A stretch of DNA of 64,000 nt. It comes from Catajapyx aquilonaris (lineage: Eukaryota). Made by a program: the position numbers and the translations under genes. The stretch lies in the NCBI GenBank assembly GCA_000934665.2, contig KZ538441.1, positions 1 through 64,000 of the forward strand. Reading direction: 5' to 3'. Below are positions 22,603-36,200 of the stretch, in pieces. Under the pieces are notes generated by a model. That model was not told where the DNA came from, did not search any database, and saw only the letters and a program-made list of their open reading frames with translations. How positions within the stretch are numbered: the stretch's first letter is position 1; every line of letters starts with the position of its first letter.

Positions 22603-23489
22603 ACAAGGGAAGTGTAAGTGTTGTCCGTGGAGTTTCTGAATGAAACTTGGGACAATAATATAGGCGGATGCAGTGGCGGATTTAGGGGGGGGGGGGGCAC
22701 GGTGACGTGCCCCCCCCCCNCAAAAACCCTCTAGAACAGTGCAAAATTGCACTGTTCTATGGGTAATTATTTTCCGTTTTGCCCCAAATTTGGGCTCGAG
22801 AGGAAGGGTTGTGACCCCCGCCCATACCCTTGTTCCCCCCCCCCCCCCAGAAAAAAATTCCTGGATCCGCCACTGGGCGGATGCCCACAAGGTCAAAAGT
22901 TATGACCTCTCGAACTCACAAGGGTCACTTTCCATGGTCTCACTGATTTTCTTGAAATTCGGTACATTGGTAAGCCACCCCAAGGATGAAAAAAGCCCCT
23001 AATGTGACCTGCTCAAAATGACCAGGTGACCCTTTTTTGGGGGGCAGAGGTCAACTATTAAATGCCGAAAACACCAATTTTCTTGAAATTCGGTGCATTG
23101 GTAGCCCCCAAAAAGGGGGTCACCGGGTCATTTTGAGCAGGTCACTTTATGTGCGTTTTTCGTCCCTTGGGGTGGCCTACCATGTACCGAATCTCAAGAA
23201 AATCGGTGAGTTTTCGGCATTTAAGAGTTGACCTCTGCCCCACAAAGAGGGGTCACCAGGTCATTTTGAGCAGGTCACTTTAGGTGCGTTTTTTATCCCT
23301 TGGGGTGGCCTACCAATGTACCGGAGTGAGACCATGGAAAGTGTCCCTTGTGAGTTCGAGAGGTCATAACTTTTGACCTTGTGGCCATCCGCCTAAATTG
23401 TTTGCATTTTCTTTAATAACTTACCTGCCTATATTATTGTGCCAAGTTTCATTCAGAAACTCCACGGACAACACTTACACTTTCCTTGT
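22603..23489. mobile_element. Foldback-like long palindromic element with internal repeated modules
   Basis: 22603-22665 pairs with 23427-23489; 22876-~23100 pairs with ~23170-23394; GTGACCTGCTCAAAATGACC modules occur in both orientations. Confidence 0.88.
22671..22875. mobile_element. hAT-type MITE
   Basis: TIR CAGTGGCGGAT/ATCCGCCACTG; perfect 8-bp TSD GGCGGATG (22663-22670, 22876-22883). Confidence 0.93.
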
Positions 23490-24479
23490 TAGTTCTGAGG
23501 CTCCAAACCAATCTTCATAATATTCAACAAGTAAGGTAGTGTTTTTCATGCAGTAAACTGTGATTCCTATCACATAAGAAGTTTAGAAGTGGATGTCAAA
23601 TGACTGTACTCTATATTTATCTTTGCAGTGCAATGAGACAATGACTTATTCAGAATAAAAATTAACTATTTTATGTTACGTCTTTGTGTGTCTTGTAAGT
23701 CACGATTATTAGACCTTTTTAAACATTTTTAGGTGTAGTAGTACTGTAGGTGTAGTAGTAAAATCTACGAGTTGATATTAATTACCTTCTCCCTGCACAG
23801 TAGTACCATTCAAATAATAATATAAGTTTTGGGGTAATTTTTGTTTGAACATTTTTATGGCTGTTTAATTTTTGTCTTGTAGTCGCGTTTACACTTGGAT
23901 GCCATTATCAATATTGTTTCCCAGTAGTTAAAATGGTGCTTACATTAGCAAAAAGGAAGAAAAAGCAAATGGCAAAGTTAAAGCAACAAGAGCTGGTCAA
24001 TCTTGCTTATCCCATACTTCCTTTGGCAACACCTTCCTTTGTCTATCAACTTACTTTCATTGTATGACAACCCAGATCAATATTTAATCCCTGCATTTAC
24101 CTCTCACCATAATATTGTTTGCAGTTTTCAAGGAGGTGAATCTCGTAACAAACTGCCCCCTCTTTGTGATTATTACTTGCATTTCAGAACTGAGCTTATG
24201 TATGTAGCAGTTAAAATTTCACAGACCCTTATTTCCCTCGTCCTGTTGACCCCAGCCCATAGGCTCAATAATTGTGTGATCCACAGTAAATTCAAAACGT
24301 TGTTGTTATTCATTGTTGGTAACAATGTTCAAACCAATTAATAACCAAGATCGGCACCATTTTTGGTGCCAAATTTTGGTGGTATGTAAGGTTCCAAGTC
24401 AAACTTGGTGGGTTCACAAGGCTTGAGTGTGAGTGAATAAGTGGCCACTGGAAATCTTTATAAGTGATTTTTTAAATAA

Positions 24480-24743
24480 TTTTTTTAAAATTACCCCGCC
24501 CTTTTAGGGGGGAAGGGGAGGTTCCCAAGGGAGGGCGCTGTACTTAGAGTCATTTCTGACTTCTGAAATACACCAGGCCTTTCCTCCTGCCCCTGGGCAG
24601 AGTAGGGAGTGCAATTCTGCCCCGGCATGTCAGGGGAAACCCGGAAAAAGACGCGGCCAAGCAGAGGTGACGGGGATGGGATTTGAAACCCGGACTCCCG
24701 CTTGGCTGGGCAGTGGCGTAACCACCAGCCCACCATGCCTCCC
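24480..24743 (-). mobile_element. tRNA-derived SINE
   Basis: Close copy of 17761-18042 with a shortened 3' stem-loop. Confidence 0.88.
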
Positions 24744-24890
24744 TAAGCCCACTGGAACTATATAATGTGAGCTAAATTTTGAAACTGACTAGGTGGGTCT
24801 TTCATTGTTCTGCGCTAAGTCTCTCCAGTCAGCCTGCTATTGCCAGTCAGGATTCTCCCAAAGCTTTCTTATGGGTCACCATGATAACTA

Positions 24891-25536
24891 CCGTATTTAC
24901 TCGAGTATAAGACGCACTTTTTTCCGATTTTGGTAGCTCAGAAAGTACGGTGCGTCTTATACGCGTGTGCGTCTTATACGGCAGGGCACAAAGGGCGAAA
25001 CCCGTGAGAAATCATGAAAATCGTTTATTGAAAAATTTAAAAACATCGCACATTCGAATCAGTCATCGTCGCTCTCCTTGGCCGTCTCTGGATCCTCGTC
25101 ATCCCCATCCGAGTCGTCATCGTCGTCCTGCACGGCCGCTTCCTCATCGGCGTCGTCGTCGAGCCACAGCAAGTCATCCTCGGTTCCGTCCAGCTCATTA
25201 CTGAGGCAGCACTTCTTGAATGACCGAGTGATGATTTCCGGGTTGAGGTTGTCCCAGGCAGATTTGACCCAGCCCGCAATGACTGTCGGGGCGGCCCTCT
25301 TGATGTTGCCGGAGGGTGTGCGCCCCCCCCCCCTTTTTTTACTGGATTCTAATGGATTCCACACGCACGTGCATTGCACACGAGGTTGCTGCCGGCAGCT
25401 CGAGGCCAGTTCCCAAACTACGCTAATAAATCTGGGTGCGTCTTATATACGTCAACAACCGATTTTCCACGATTTTTCGCCTCAAAACCGGGGTGCGTCT
25501 TATACGCGTGTGCGTCTTATATCCGAGTAAATACGG
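24891..25536 (-). mobile_element. Internally deleted Tc2/pogo-type DNA transposon
   Basis: TA-CCGTATTTACTCG TIRs; GTGCGTCTTATAC repeats; retains transposase C-terminus TPSGNIKR...WVKSAW...SFKKCCLSNELDGTEDD (25059-25325). Confidence 0.92.
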
Positions 25537-25777
25537 TAGTTGTTGACACTGGAACTGGTGACTGGCAGTAGGACAAAAACGCAACCTTCTGTCCTTTTGG
25601 ATTGGACTGCAGTAAATTGGGTCGCATAACTTCAAGTGTATAGATCTATAGAATAATAATGTAAACCTCAAAATAATGACTATGAAATGCTTCCTTATGT
25701 GAAAGTTACACTCAAGAATTACAATAAAATGTATATTATTGTAGTTGTAGTTCCAAGTACTATGTGTGTTCACTTAC

Positions 25778-26633
25778 TCTCTTTAGGTCTTTGTGGACTG
25801 AAACTTTCCCATCTGCTCAGATGCCGCTGGGGTTTTAGTCACTTCTGCTCTCAGGAGGAGTGTCAGTGTCGTGCTCTTCGATGTTTCCATTCTCGACACT
25901 TGCACTGTCACTGATGTCCTGGGTGTCTTCTTCTTGAGTGCCATCTGAATCAGCTTCACCTCCTCGCTGGACAGCCTCTTCTTCGTTCTTAATATCCTTG
26001 TTGAGAAGTGATGTCCTTTCCTAGGGGACATCCTGATTCTTGGGCAGGACTGTGACTGCATTGCATCATACTATGTCACTATTTGATTGCCCCATTGTGC
26101 TCACTCTGTTTTTTCTGCCTACATCTGTACACAGAGTCAGGTGACTTTTCTATCTGCCTCCTCCCATCGTGCTGGGCGCCACTACTATAAAAAGGAGTGA
26201 CTCCTCTCACTCGAGGCCAGTAGCTGGTCGTCACCCTACCTGTCCATGCCTCTCCTTTTCCCCTCTTGTACGTAACCATCTTGGTACCCACTTGGTGTTT
26301 CTGTGTGTGTACACCTACCGCTCGGGTCACAGGACCATGGTCAGAGGAGGAAGGCCAGTAACTCGCTTGTTCCTGCGCCTTCTGGGAGGCACTTCTCTGT
26401 GGATAGGCGGCGATGAGGCCGACACGTCCATTGGATGCTTTCTTGCTACCTCTCGGCTTCGATTCCCGCTCGGCATCCATCAGATCCTTCCTGAGTAGTT
26501 CCATGCCATCTTCCTCACTTTTTTCGGTGTCGGTCGTGCTTCACTTCGTCTTTTCCTCCGTGCCCTGCGTCTTCCTCGGACCATCCAACCAGTCGAAGAC
26601 TCCTCTGCATATACGTAGCTGCCTGTATAGCTC
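25778..26633 (-). pseudogene. Two decayed exons encoding a charged, low-complexity protein segment
   Basis: Exon 26633-26319 (ttttcag/gtaggt; 105 codons, one internal TGA). Exon ~26181-25778 (ttttatag/gtaagt; acidic frame EEEAVQRGGEADSDGTQEEDTQD with stops). Confidence 0.45.
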
Positions 26634-26736
26634 CTGAAAACCGCAGAATTCACAGGTAAGCATATGTCCCTCTTGTCCACCCAATATTTAACCATCTGCA
26701 GTTCACCTGCTTCACAGGTAAATCAATAAATAATAC

Positions 26737-27060
26737 GTGGATGTGATCCTGAGTGACCTGGATGACAGCTGCCCTGACGTGCGGGAAGTCCTCATTTTTT
26801 CTGACGGGGTGCTTCTTAGTTTAACTCAGTTTAGACAGAGGTATCTGATGTCTCTCCTGCATGTGTTCACTTTGTGCTATGGAGTCAAGCTAAGCTGGCA
26901 CTTTTTCGCATCTATGCACGGCAAAGGTGTCGTTGATGGGATTGGGGCTGACGTCAAAGGCGCGGTGTGAAGGGAAACTATAGGGCAAGAACTATAGTGG
27001 ACACAGCGCAAGATTTTGCAACCGTGGCATCTGAAGTGATGCCCCATTGTGCAAAAAGTA
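26737..27060 (+). mobile_element. Second Sola2-like transposase relic
   Basis: VLIFSDG...QFRQRY...LSWHFFASMHGKGVVDGIGADVKG motif block. Confidence 0.75.
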
Positions 27061-27692
27061 CAGTAATGTGTAATCATCAAGGTCAGTAAATATCAGTTTT
27101 AGATTAATGAACAATGTGTCCCAAAAATAAGTTGTCATCTACCAATGCCTCCTACGTAAAAATAAAATTGACCTCAAGTGTCTGGTGCCATCTCTATTTG
27201 AAACTTGATGAAATTCAAATTCGCAACACTTTGACCCTAATACAAATCGTTTTTCAGATTTGTATTTCTTGCTAGTCTTCACTTTTCTAGTATACACACT
27301 GTCAAGCACTATTTGCTTAAAATATGAGTTAACAGAGGAAAATAGGTGTCCTACAAATTCATCTATCTACCCTCTAGCATCCTTCCTGAGATATTTGCAG
27401 ATTATATGGTAACCACTGAAGTCTGTGAAATCGCTAAAAATCGCATTTCATTTATCTAAATTTTGCGCAAATATCAAGTAATTTTTCACTGTGTAAAGAA
27501 AGCGCCATTCCGAAAGGATTTTAAGGTGGTTTTTGCATAATTTAAAATTAAGCAACTTGGACGCCATTTGGAATATAAGTTAGTACGTATTTTCACTTCA
27601 AAAATTGAATTTAACTATGCTCTACGTCCTAAAAAGAGCTTCCAAAAAGACCCAAGTGCAATTTCGATTTGCTTGTACAGTATTTCATGGGA

Positions 27693-27697
<5 letters not shown>

Positions 27698-27772
<75 letters not shown>

Positions 27773-28104
27773 GCTGTTTACCCCGTAGGCCCTTTCAGGG
27801 GGGTGGATTACCACCATTTCACTCCATTTTCTGAATTAACTTTAATCACCAGTGCAAGGAGTCAAGGATGTAGGGTAGGGATAGGGATTTTTGAGGAGGG
27901 AACATATATAGGTGCAAGTACAATGTCTGAATAATGGGTCATGTGTTGTTCCTCAGGAGGTTAGGTTGCCAGACACCTCCAAGGTGCAGGTCAGAGACCC
28001 TCCTGACCCGGGTGAAAGGGAACTCCCCAAGCGGAGATCGAACCTGGGGCCTTTCATCACTCAGCAAGCCGAGACGTTACTATCTCGGCCATCTACGCCT
28101 CCCC
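27698..28104 (-). mobile_element. tRNA-derived SINE, full length
   Basis: GGGGAGGCGTAGATGGCCGAGATAG...GGTTCGATCT head; long (AAT)n tail; 18-bp TSD GTATTTCAT(G/T)GGAATTAT (27680-27697, 28105-28122). Confidence 0.92.
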
Positions 28105-28949
28105 GTATTTCATTGGAATTATGGAAGGAGGACTGGTCGGCAGAACTATACAGTAGTAATCCGCCGCACAATAATGGCAGCAAGGCGGTTTTAAAGTCGC
28201 ATGAAATTACATTTCTGCTCCTGAAATTTTGCGAAAATCTATTTATTTTAGCCATCTGTATTAGAGCAATTATTCAATTTTTAAAATTAATGTCCATCTT
28301 AGATAAGAAAACAAAATCAAACGGGGTGTTTCTCTACTTCGGTGATTTGAGGTAGCATAGTTCACATTCTTGAACAGTTATTGGGGCTCGTTAAAAATTG
28401 AATGTCCCAATTCACACATTTCAAATATTCCAGCTTAAAAAGGGACTTTAATTTTTAAAGATACGTAAAAACATATGCTTAGAAGAAGACCATGAAAACT
28501 CCTTTGGGAATAATATATGATTGGGTGCCTTTGAGTAGGATTTGCCTGTCACTACCAACTCCAAAATATGGCCCACCCACGAAAGTGGCAGTATTATCAG
28601 TACTATCGAGCTGTTGACGCCCAAGTGTATATTTCCTCACTTTGTCGAGGCCTTAGGTGTGCTATACTGGACATTCTAGCGATGCTTTTAAGGCCAATCC
28701 AACAACAAAAATAATATTCAAGGTGCTGGGCAATTAAAAATGCAAAACAGTGTGAGAAAATAATTATAATATTCATGGAGTGTCTGTTTTATAAATTTTT
28801 AAATGACAATAAGTCCGAAAGCACAGTCTACACATCATATATGCAGTAGCTGTACTGATGCGCTTTCATGCTTGTGCATCATATAACATGTGGGACGAAA
28901 GTGACAGATCCATGTCGTTCGTACTCACCTGAAGCATGTTGGCTCCTTG

Positions 28950-29270
28950 AGGCACGTTACACGGCAGCTTTGTATCGCTTTTCATAGAGCCGCTTCGCGT
29001 AGAGCGATACATCGCTGTTGTATAACTTGTGCTAAATCGCTTCAAAAATCGAAGCGACGTTCGCTAGCGCCTTAAGATAAACTACCTTAAAGGGATTAGA
29101 AGAGGGTTAAGCCTGCCGTGTAACTGGACGACCCTTCAAGAGCGCTCTAAAATACGTTGCCAGTTGTGTTATGGGCTAAGGCGCTCCAAGGCCTCTCGTG
29201 TAACTCCCTACCGAAAGCGCTCAGAATTTACGTGATAAGGGGAAGCGATACAAAACTGCCGTAACAGGCT
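28950..29270. mobile_element. Diverged Harbinger-like MITE
   Basis: ACGGCAGCTTTGTATCGCTT versus AAGCGATACAAAACTGCCGT inverted termini. Confidence 0.6.
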
Positions 29271-30255
29271 CCTTGATTTCAAAAGAGACGAAGTGAGCGT
29301 AAGGCTTTGCGCTTTTATCCCGTTATCACGAAAACCATCTTGACGTTCTCCAAATTCCCTCATCTTTACTGATCTTGAGCTAATGTGTGTTCCACACGGT
29401 ATAATTACCCCGATTCCTTCTCCAAGCCTTAGTTATCCTGCTGTGCCATGCGATTTTATCTGACCAGCGGGCTGCAAACAGCGTGTCCTGCGCCCCGCCA
29501 AAATACCCCTGCTGGGTAATTGTTGCCCCCACTGATTTAAACCCTCGCATATTTAGAACCTATATTTTGTCCATTTTGGGAGGGAATATTTGCCTGCACC
29601 CCTGATTTGTAGTGACTGTGCTTCCCTGGGCCAATATGAGAGTAATAACTTATTGATTGCACACTGCCTACCCTGTGTTCCAGCCACATTTTGTTGGTGT
29701 TTTTCTCGCGTGAGCTTGTAATAATATTTTAAGTCCATGTAGTACTATACAACACTGCAGCATGGAAGTAGGTCAGATTAAAATAACTGCAAGGCATACG
29801 TATAGTACAGGACTACAAGGTCGTTCCAATATGTTGATGACGAGCCTACGAATTATTTTATAATAAATTATAATAATTAAAACTAAGTAGTATGATCAAA
29901 AGCATAGTTCGGATTATGGTAGAAATTTTCCATACATATATACTGTATCTGATTCGCAACCCAACTGCATTGTGATAATCTGCATTGCCTGGTGGAATTT
30001 TATGGACTAGTATATGGAATGTTACTTTTGATCCACTCGTACCTCCGGCATAATTATGGCATGGCTGAGTTAATTGAATGCTTTTTCCAGTGAGCCTCCG
30101 GGCCTCCCATTGACCCACTGAATGAAGGGAAAAGTGCTCTAGAAAAAGGGAGTGCAAATGCTGTTTCTGGTGCTATACGTTACTTCGCGCAGGGTTTTCA
30201 AAATATCCGCCTGGAACAGAACCGCTCTTAAATTACTCATTCAAATTAATGTCGC

Positions 30256-30256
<1 letters not shown>

Positions 30257-30299
<43 letters not shown>
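30257..30299. repeat. (TAA)n microsatellite
   Basis: About 14 perfect units. Confidence 0.95.
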
Positions 30300-33200
30300 T
30301 CCTACAGGTACATTAAGCCGGTTGCCTACAGTAGTGTGTAGTCCAATATTGAAATTCATTTTGCACGTAGCGAAGTGCTGAATAGCAAACTAGTTTTCCG
30401 GAAGGGCACCGGGGCTTTCAACACACTTTTGGGATTTTAGTCATTCTGGCTTAGAAAAAGGGCACTCGCTGGTATTTATCTTGTAGGTACAGTATATGTC
30501 AATAGTGGCGCAGCATTGCAGGTAGGCTACTCATGCAGCTGAGGCTTATGGGCCTGCTAGGAAAAATCAGGAGCTAGCCAGGATGACAGGGTAGTGTCCT
30601 TGACTTGGAGCTGTACGTACCTGCAGACAAGGCAAAACCACATATATACACTTTACAGGAGGTTGAAGGGTAGTAAAAGTTGCAAGGCGGTGAGGGCAGC
30701 AGGCTTTAATTGCGCCATCAGGCAGGTTAAGTGTGCCCTGGCCTCACCTAAAATGCCGCTCTCAAATCCGGTCACTGGGCTTGGTCCATACCAGAAGCTC
30801 TCTTCAATGGTTATTGCTGCTTGGCTTGGCTTGCCCCCTTACCTCTCAACCCCTGACACTGCCTTTCTTAACCGCTGACGGAATTGATGCCGGATTTAAC
30901 GGCAGATACGTGCCTCCAGGACAAAAATCTACTTGGCTAAAAGCGTAAGGGAAATATAAGTTGTATGACTTCGGGCCATTCCCATTGGTTCGCGCTCTTT
31001 CTGGTTGCTTCAGGTTATGTTCAATATTGGTACTGGAAATGATGTGCCTCTTATAGCCATATCGAATTATTTAGTCATTTGTTCTGGCAACTATATGTAG
31101 CCATGCTCCATGTCGACCTATGGTAACTAGTTGGAGGGCTTGATTTGTATCATGTACAGGAATGCATAAGCTATATTGTGAAGTATACTACACCGGCACA
31201 CAGCAACTGGTAGTTCCAGCTAGTATCGATAATTAATTCCTATACGCGCAGTGTACTGATACTGGCAGTAGATATATTGTAAAGAGCACATGTCCATCAT
31301 GTTCACCATATTATACGTATAATGTGAAGTTATTCAACGTCTAAGAGGTGTGTTCAGTACATGATTATACTCTAGGCGACTCTAAATATACCCTGCCTGT
31401 AAAAAAAATGCAGGAGAAACGCTATTGTGACTCCGTACCTGAGCAAAAAGTATATAAATGGTGTAAACCTAATTGTAGAGGTTGTAGATGTCTGATCGAC
31501 GTCTAAATACACCTACTCGCGCAAGTAATCACAGCAAAAATTTAAAGGCTGCAAACAGCATGAGAGCCTTAGTTGCCTCAACCCCTCCAGCCAAAAAAAA
31601 AAAAAAAAATCCGATTCATCCATTTTTTTCACCTTCATCCTTTCTATTGGGAACTGAAACTTCCTGATTATTATGTCGGCTATTGATACAATTTTGTTTC
31701 CATCCACAATGCCGATGGGCAATATGAGAGCGGAAAACAAGCAAGGTTACCACCATCGAAGTTAGAAAAATCATTGTAGTCTGCACAATAGCTCCCTCGC
31801 ATTAGAATGCTGAATTATTCCATTCAGCACTATTGCATAATGAAAGACATGTATACAGACGTAGGAAGATACCATTAGTTCCGTCCTGCATTAGTCAATA
31901 GATGGCCATTTGCAGGCGCAGGTATAGCCAGAGATAGCTGTTGACTGTTTGTGGGTAGCGCAGTCAACATGACTGCAACATATCTGCGGCGACATGTAGG
32001 CCGCATTAGTGCCGTGCATGAAACCGAAGTGCAACCCGCAACGAGACAAGCGTAACCAGTGATTAAAACCCGTTTTCCCCACCGTAGCTGCCGCGTCTCT
32101 TTGAATTTGGAGACTCAGGGGTAACGGCCAGGTCTCAAGAAGCAATTTGGTGGCCCACCTAATCGCTTTGGTTATCAGGCAAACCAATTGTTTCTAGGTC
32201 CTAGTCGTTGGTTGGTGGGGCCTGGACCTAGTCTATACTGACGGAAAAAAAAGGATATTGATTTTTATCCTCACCCCTCTGAAAAACCCTTCTCTGAAGA
32301 GAATTGCAATGTGGGCGAAAATTAACTTTCGGAATAATTCCTATCAGGTAGCACGAGTGGTAACCTAATTCCTCCGGTGTAACTTCTCCCTTCCATGCCT
32401 GCCCCTCCCACCCCTCTTTTTTTCTCCCCTACTTTGCCAGCCCAAGCCCCCGGAAAAAATCTGACGTAAGCACTCATTATGAAAGGTGGAAAATGGCGCA
32501 GTGGAGGCAGAAACAGAGTGGCATGGTGCCCAAGGTAATTTATCCAGTCACAGACAGCTGTCGAGCTCTAGTCATTTGCATCCATGATTTATTTCCGTCG
32601 CTTTCGAGTGGGGGAAGGAGCGAAGGGTAGGCCATAGTATGGGAGGGACGATACCCATAGGCTAAACAGACATGCCTCAAAACAAGAGGATAGGGACAAA
32701 TAGGAATTAAGCGATTTGGTGTACCGGTGTTCAAGATCACCTAGTGGTACGTTTCAATTGGACATATATCAAATTTTTCATATCCGTCTACAGCAGTGCT
32801 AGGAATTGGGACCGAAATTGCGCATGCCGGTCAAATATCGGTACCGCAGCGCATATATGGGAATATTTGATGACATTTGGCAGCATTTGATATCCAAGGA
32901 ACTTGGTCTGAAAGTCGAGGCTATTTTATTTACGAGGATTTCCCTTCAAGCGACGTGGCTGGGGCTTTTGGCTCATAATATAATTGTGAGTCGCAATCTG
33001 TATTAAGGAAACCAGCCCCCACACAAAGTTGGAACAAGTAAAATTTTGCTCCAAGATTCTCATTTCAAGGAAATTACGAGACAGTTAATTCTTTTTCATG
33101 GAGCCTCCGCTCTGGATTAGAATGCAGAATTGGGCTGTGCAGTATATTAGATAAGAGTGCTTTTACCCTCAGGGGGTACTTGGAGGCTGCTTGCTTCAAC

Positions 33201-36200
33201 CCAATGGACAAACATTTTGACTAATTCTGCCCGCTGAGCCCAGATTTCCTGATGTGTATAGCCCTGAAATCCGATCTCAACTGGAAAACTCTTGCTGGAT
33301 TAGTTTGTACAGCATTTAGGGTGTCACTCACTCATATTTGTATCGAAAGAGCGGATTTCGTAATGAAAATTACCACTCACATTATGCTTTGAAAGCCAGG
33401 CTGATATGCGCTTATCAGCTGCTTCCTCTTATTATACTCTTCCCTCTTACACTTCTGGCTGCGAGGAAGGGCCAACCATTCATTAGAGAGTCTCTCTAAG
33501 CTTATCTAATATTGAGAATTTACATTAACTAGGTCTCTGACTAATTAATTTTTGGTGTTTTTTTTTTGTAGAGAAAGTTTGTTCTGGGAAGCCACGCATT
33601 GGGAAAAATAAATGATGCACTAAAACCAACGGTACTCTCCTTTTACCAAATCCCCATTTTAGAGTAAATAGCCCTTTAATCTGGTCTACCTTTATTACTG
33701 CCCTTTTCAAAATATCAAAAGTCCAAACATTCATATTGCAAAGGGGGTTTTCTCATTTAAGAGAGGATTCTCCTCAGCAGTCGGCTAATTAGAGACTAAA
33801 GTACTTTGACCTCCCTATTCTGTTAATAGTTAATGCATGTGCTGAAACAATTTTCTGCTCCCGGCCTGTACACTATATGGATGGTGGCACACCGGACATG
33901 GAGCGGCGAAGCGCGAAACCAAAATTACACACACATTTAAGCAGGCTATGAAACGCATCCTCCTACCCAGACTCAAAATTCCTAGGGGGGAGTCCGGGGG
34001 TTCTCCCCCGGAAACATTCAGTACCTAACTGACCACCAGCGCCACCTGGTGCTAAAGAAATACTAAAAACCAACATTACTAACCACTCTTTCCGCAGATA
34101 GACATCGTACATTTCCCTACCATGTTTATAGCAAAAATCTTAGCACGTGTTACACCACCTGCATGCTGTTAAACCAATCCAGTTCCAAGTGAGTACATGT
34201 CCCCTACAAAACAACAACAACAAGAGGGCAGAGAGGAGTTTAAACTCTTGCTTCCGAAATTGGATTGGGTGCCCTAACTTTCCGCTTGAAGACGGCCCAG
34301 ACGACATTGGGGGAGGTTAGCCATTTTGTATCCGCATCCAACCTGCGATAAAAAGCTGGGGGCTCCGGCTGCAATCCCATTCACACGCGTTTACACTGGC
34401 TGCACTAATATGGCAACGAAATTTGGTACCAGGGGAGAAAAAATGCAGCGACGCAATGCGGGGGGAGAAAACACGTGCAAAATGAAAAATGCGGGGCCAG
34501 ACATGTGAGGACCAACCGTATTTTGTCATAGCAATTCGGGAATTGTTGGAGCCCAAAGTCTATGCAAACACACTGCCAAATCGATGAGTGGTTGGGGGAC
34601 ATAAAAATGAGACAAGATGCCGAATAGAGGTTTCAACCTGGTATGAGTGAGGATTAAATTTCAAGGACGGTGCTTGACGTTGGCATAAACTTGGTAGAAT
34701 GGCATATTTAAACCCAAAAATTTTGCGGTAAAAACTTTGCAGCTGGTTTTACGACGTGGCCTCCGCTATAAATTTTCTATCCGGAGGATCACGGCTTACA
34801 CAATTGCATTGTCGGTCTACTTACCAACTCTGGTTCCTACACATGTAACTGACACTCGGCTATTTGTCCTTTCAAAACAGGGTCAAAATAGATTTGGCAC
34901 TGTTTTTGAAACCGTAAATAGCTAATCTCGTAATGCAATACCCCTTGATGGACCCAGGGTCTGTTTTGAACAATGAGGATGATCAATAGCGTTGTCTACT
35001 CCCTTGTTCATGTTGGAAGTAGGTTATTTTTATCCTAAATTGCCTAACTTTACAGGGAAGCACCTTTTTTTTATATGTGCTTTTTCTACCGTGCTTTTTA
35101 AAACTTAGTCAGTGACGTACCACTGAGGAGTATGCGCAGATTGTGGCTTTGAAGCCGTTCATAAAACAGTACGCTCGTAATGGTTTGTACACATGTCCAC
35201 TTCTTTTTACCAAGCGAACTTCAGAAGCTCTTTTGCTTGTGAAAGGGAGCCAAGGCTACCAATACCAGTTAAAACAGTGCTGTAACGTCATGTTGCATAC
35301 TTGACAGCTCGAAGTGGCGTCACGTGGAGCAAAGAGCGTCACTCGCGAAGATCCGAAGAGTGTGGGCGACGTCACATGATAAGCTATTCTGCCATAGAAT
35401 AGTACTAACGTCACAACAGGCAACAATATAGTTAAAGACTTGCGACGTCATCACACACGAGTATATATAGACTATAATTCTATTAGGCTGAATATAATGT
35501 AGCTCTACTGCCACAGAGGTCATGGTGTGCAGGTCCCTGTGGATATACAGTATAGTTCCCTGTCTGTCGTGGTATCGATTTATGTCAGAAAATACAGTGG
35601 TTTTTGTGAGAGTGATTGTGACGCAGGTCACAGGGTCTATTGTGGTGCCTGGGTGCCGTGTAGGGGGTTGTGCACTACAGGGGACAAAAGATGCCATGCG
35701 AAAAAGCTTCATCATAATTATGCATCTTTACTCTCTCCAATCTTGTTAAAGCATAATACTGACGAGTAGAACCGTTGGGTAACAGCAACCACCACCTTCT
35801 TCAAGTCAATTTAATGCAAACTTTATTACTCGTTAAAGGATTATAACTTTGGGGGGCTCTATGCTTTGAGAACAGTCTGTCGACGATGTGTAAATGTGTA
35901 CTGTTTCTCTGCTGAATATGTACGCTTGCTATATACACCGGCAAAATTGTAGGACATCAAAGGTTTAAACCCACAATTTTGTAAAAATCATGCTTTATTC
36001 AAAATGTTTTTTAACACCACGTATTCTGCTTTTGCAGAATGCAAAGTACCTCAAAAAATTACATGGTAATCAAATTTACGAGGCTGTACAACGCCTACTG
36101 ATTTGATGTCGTTGGTCAGTTTTGAACATTTCCCAGAGCCGTTATCCAATGTGTTCGACTTTATTGGAGAAGTTATTGGGCAATTTCCTGCTTTTAATTT

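Noticed and set aside
27568..27934. Poly-Leu, poly-Tyr and poly-Ile ORFs (also 11793-12281)
   Set aside because: Translations of (ATT)n SINE tails.
31841..31851. miR-71-like TGAAAGACATG
   Set aside because: Only 11 nt match and there is no precursor hairpin.
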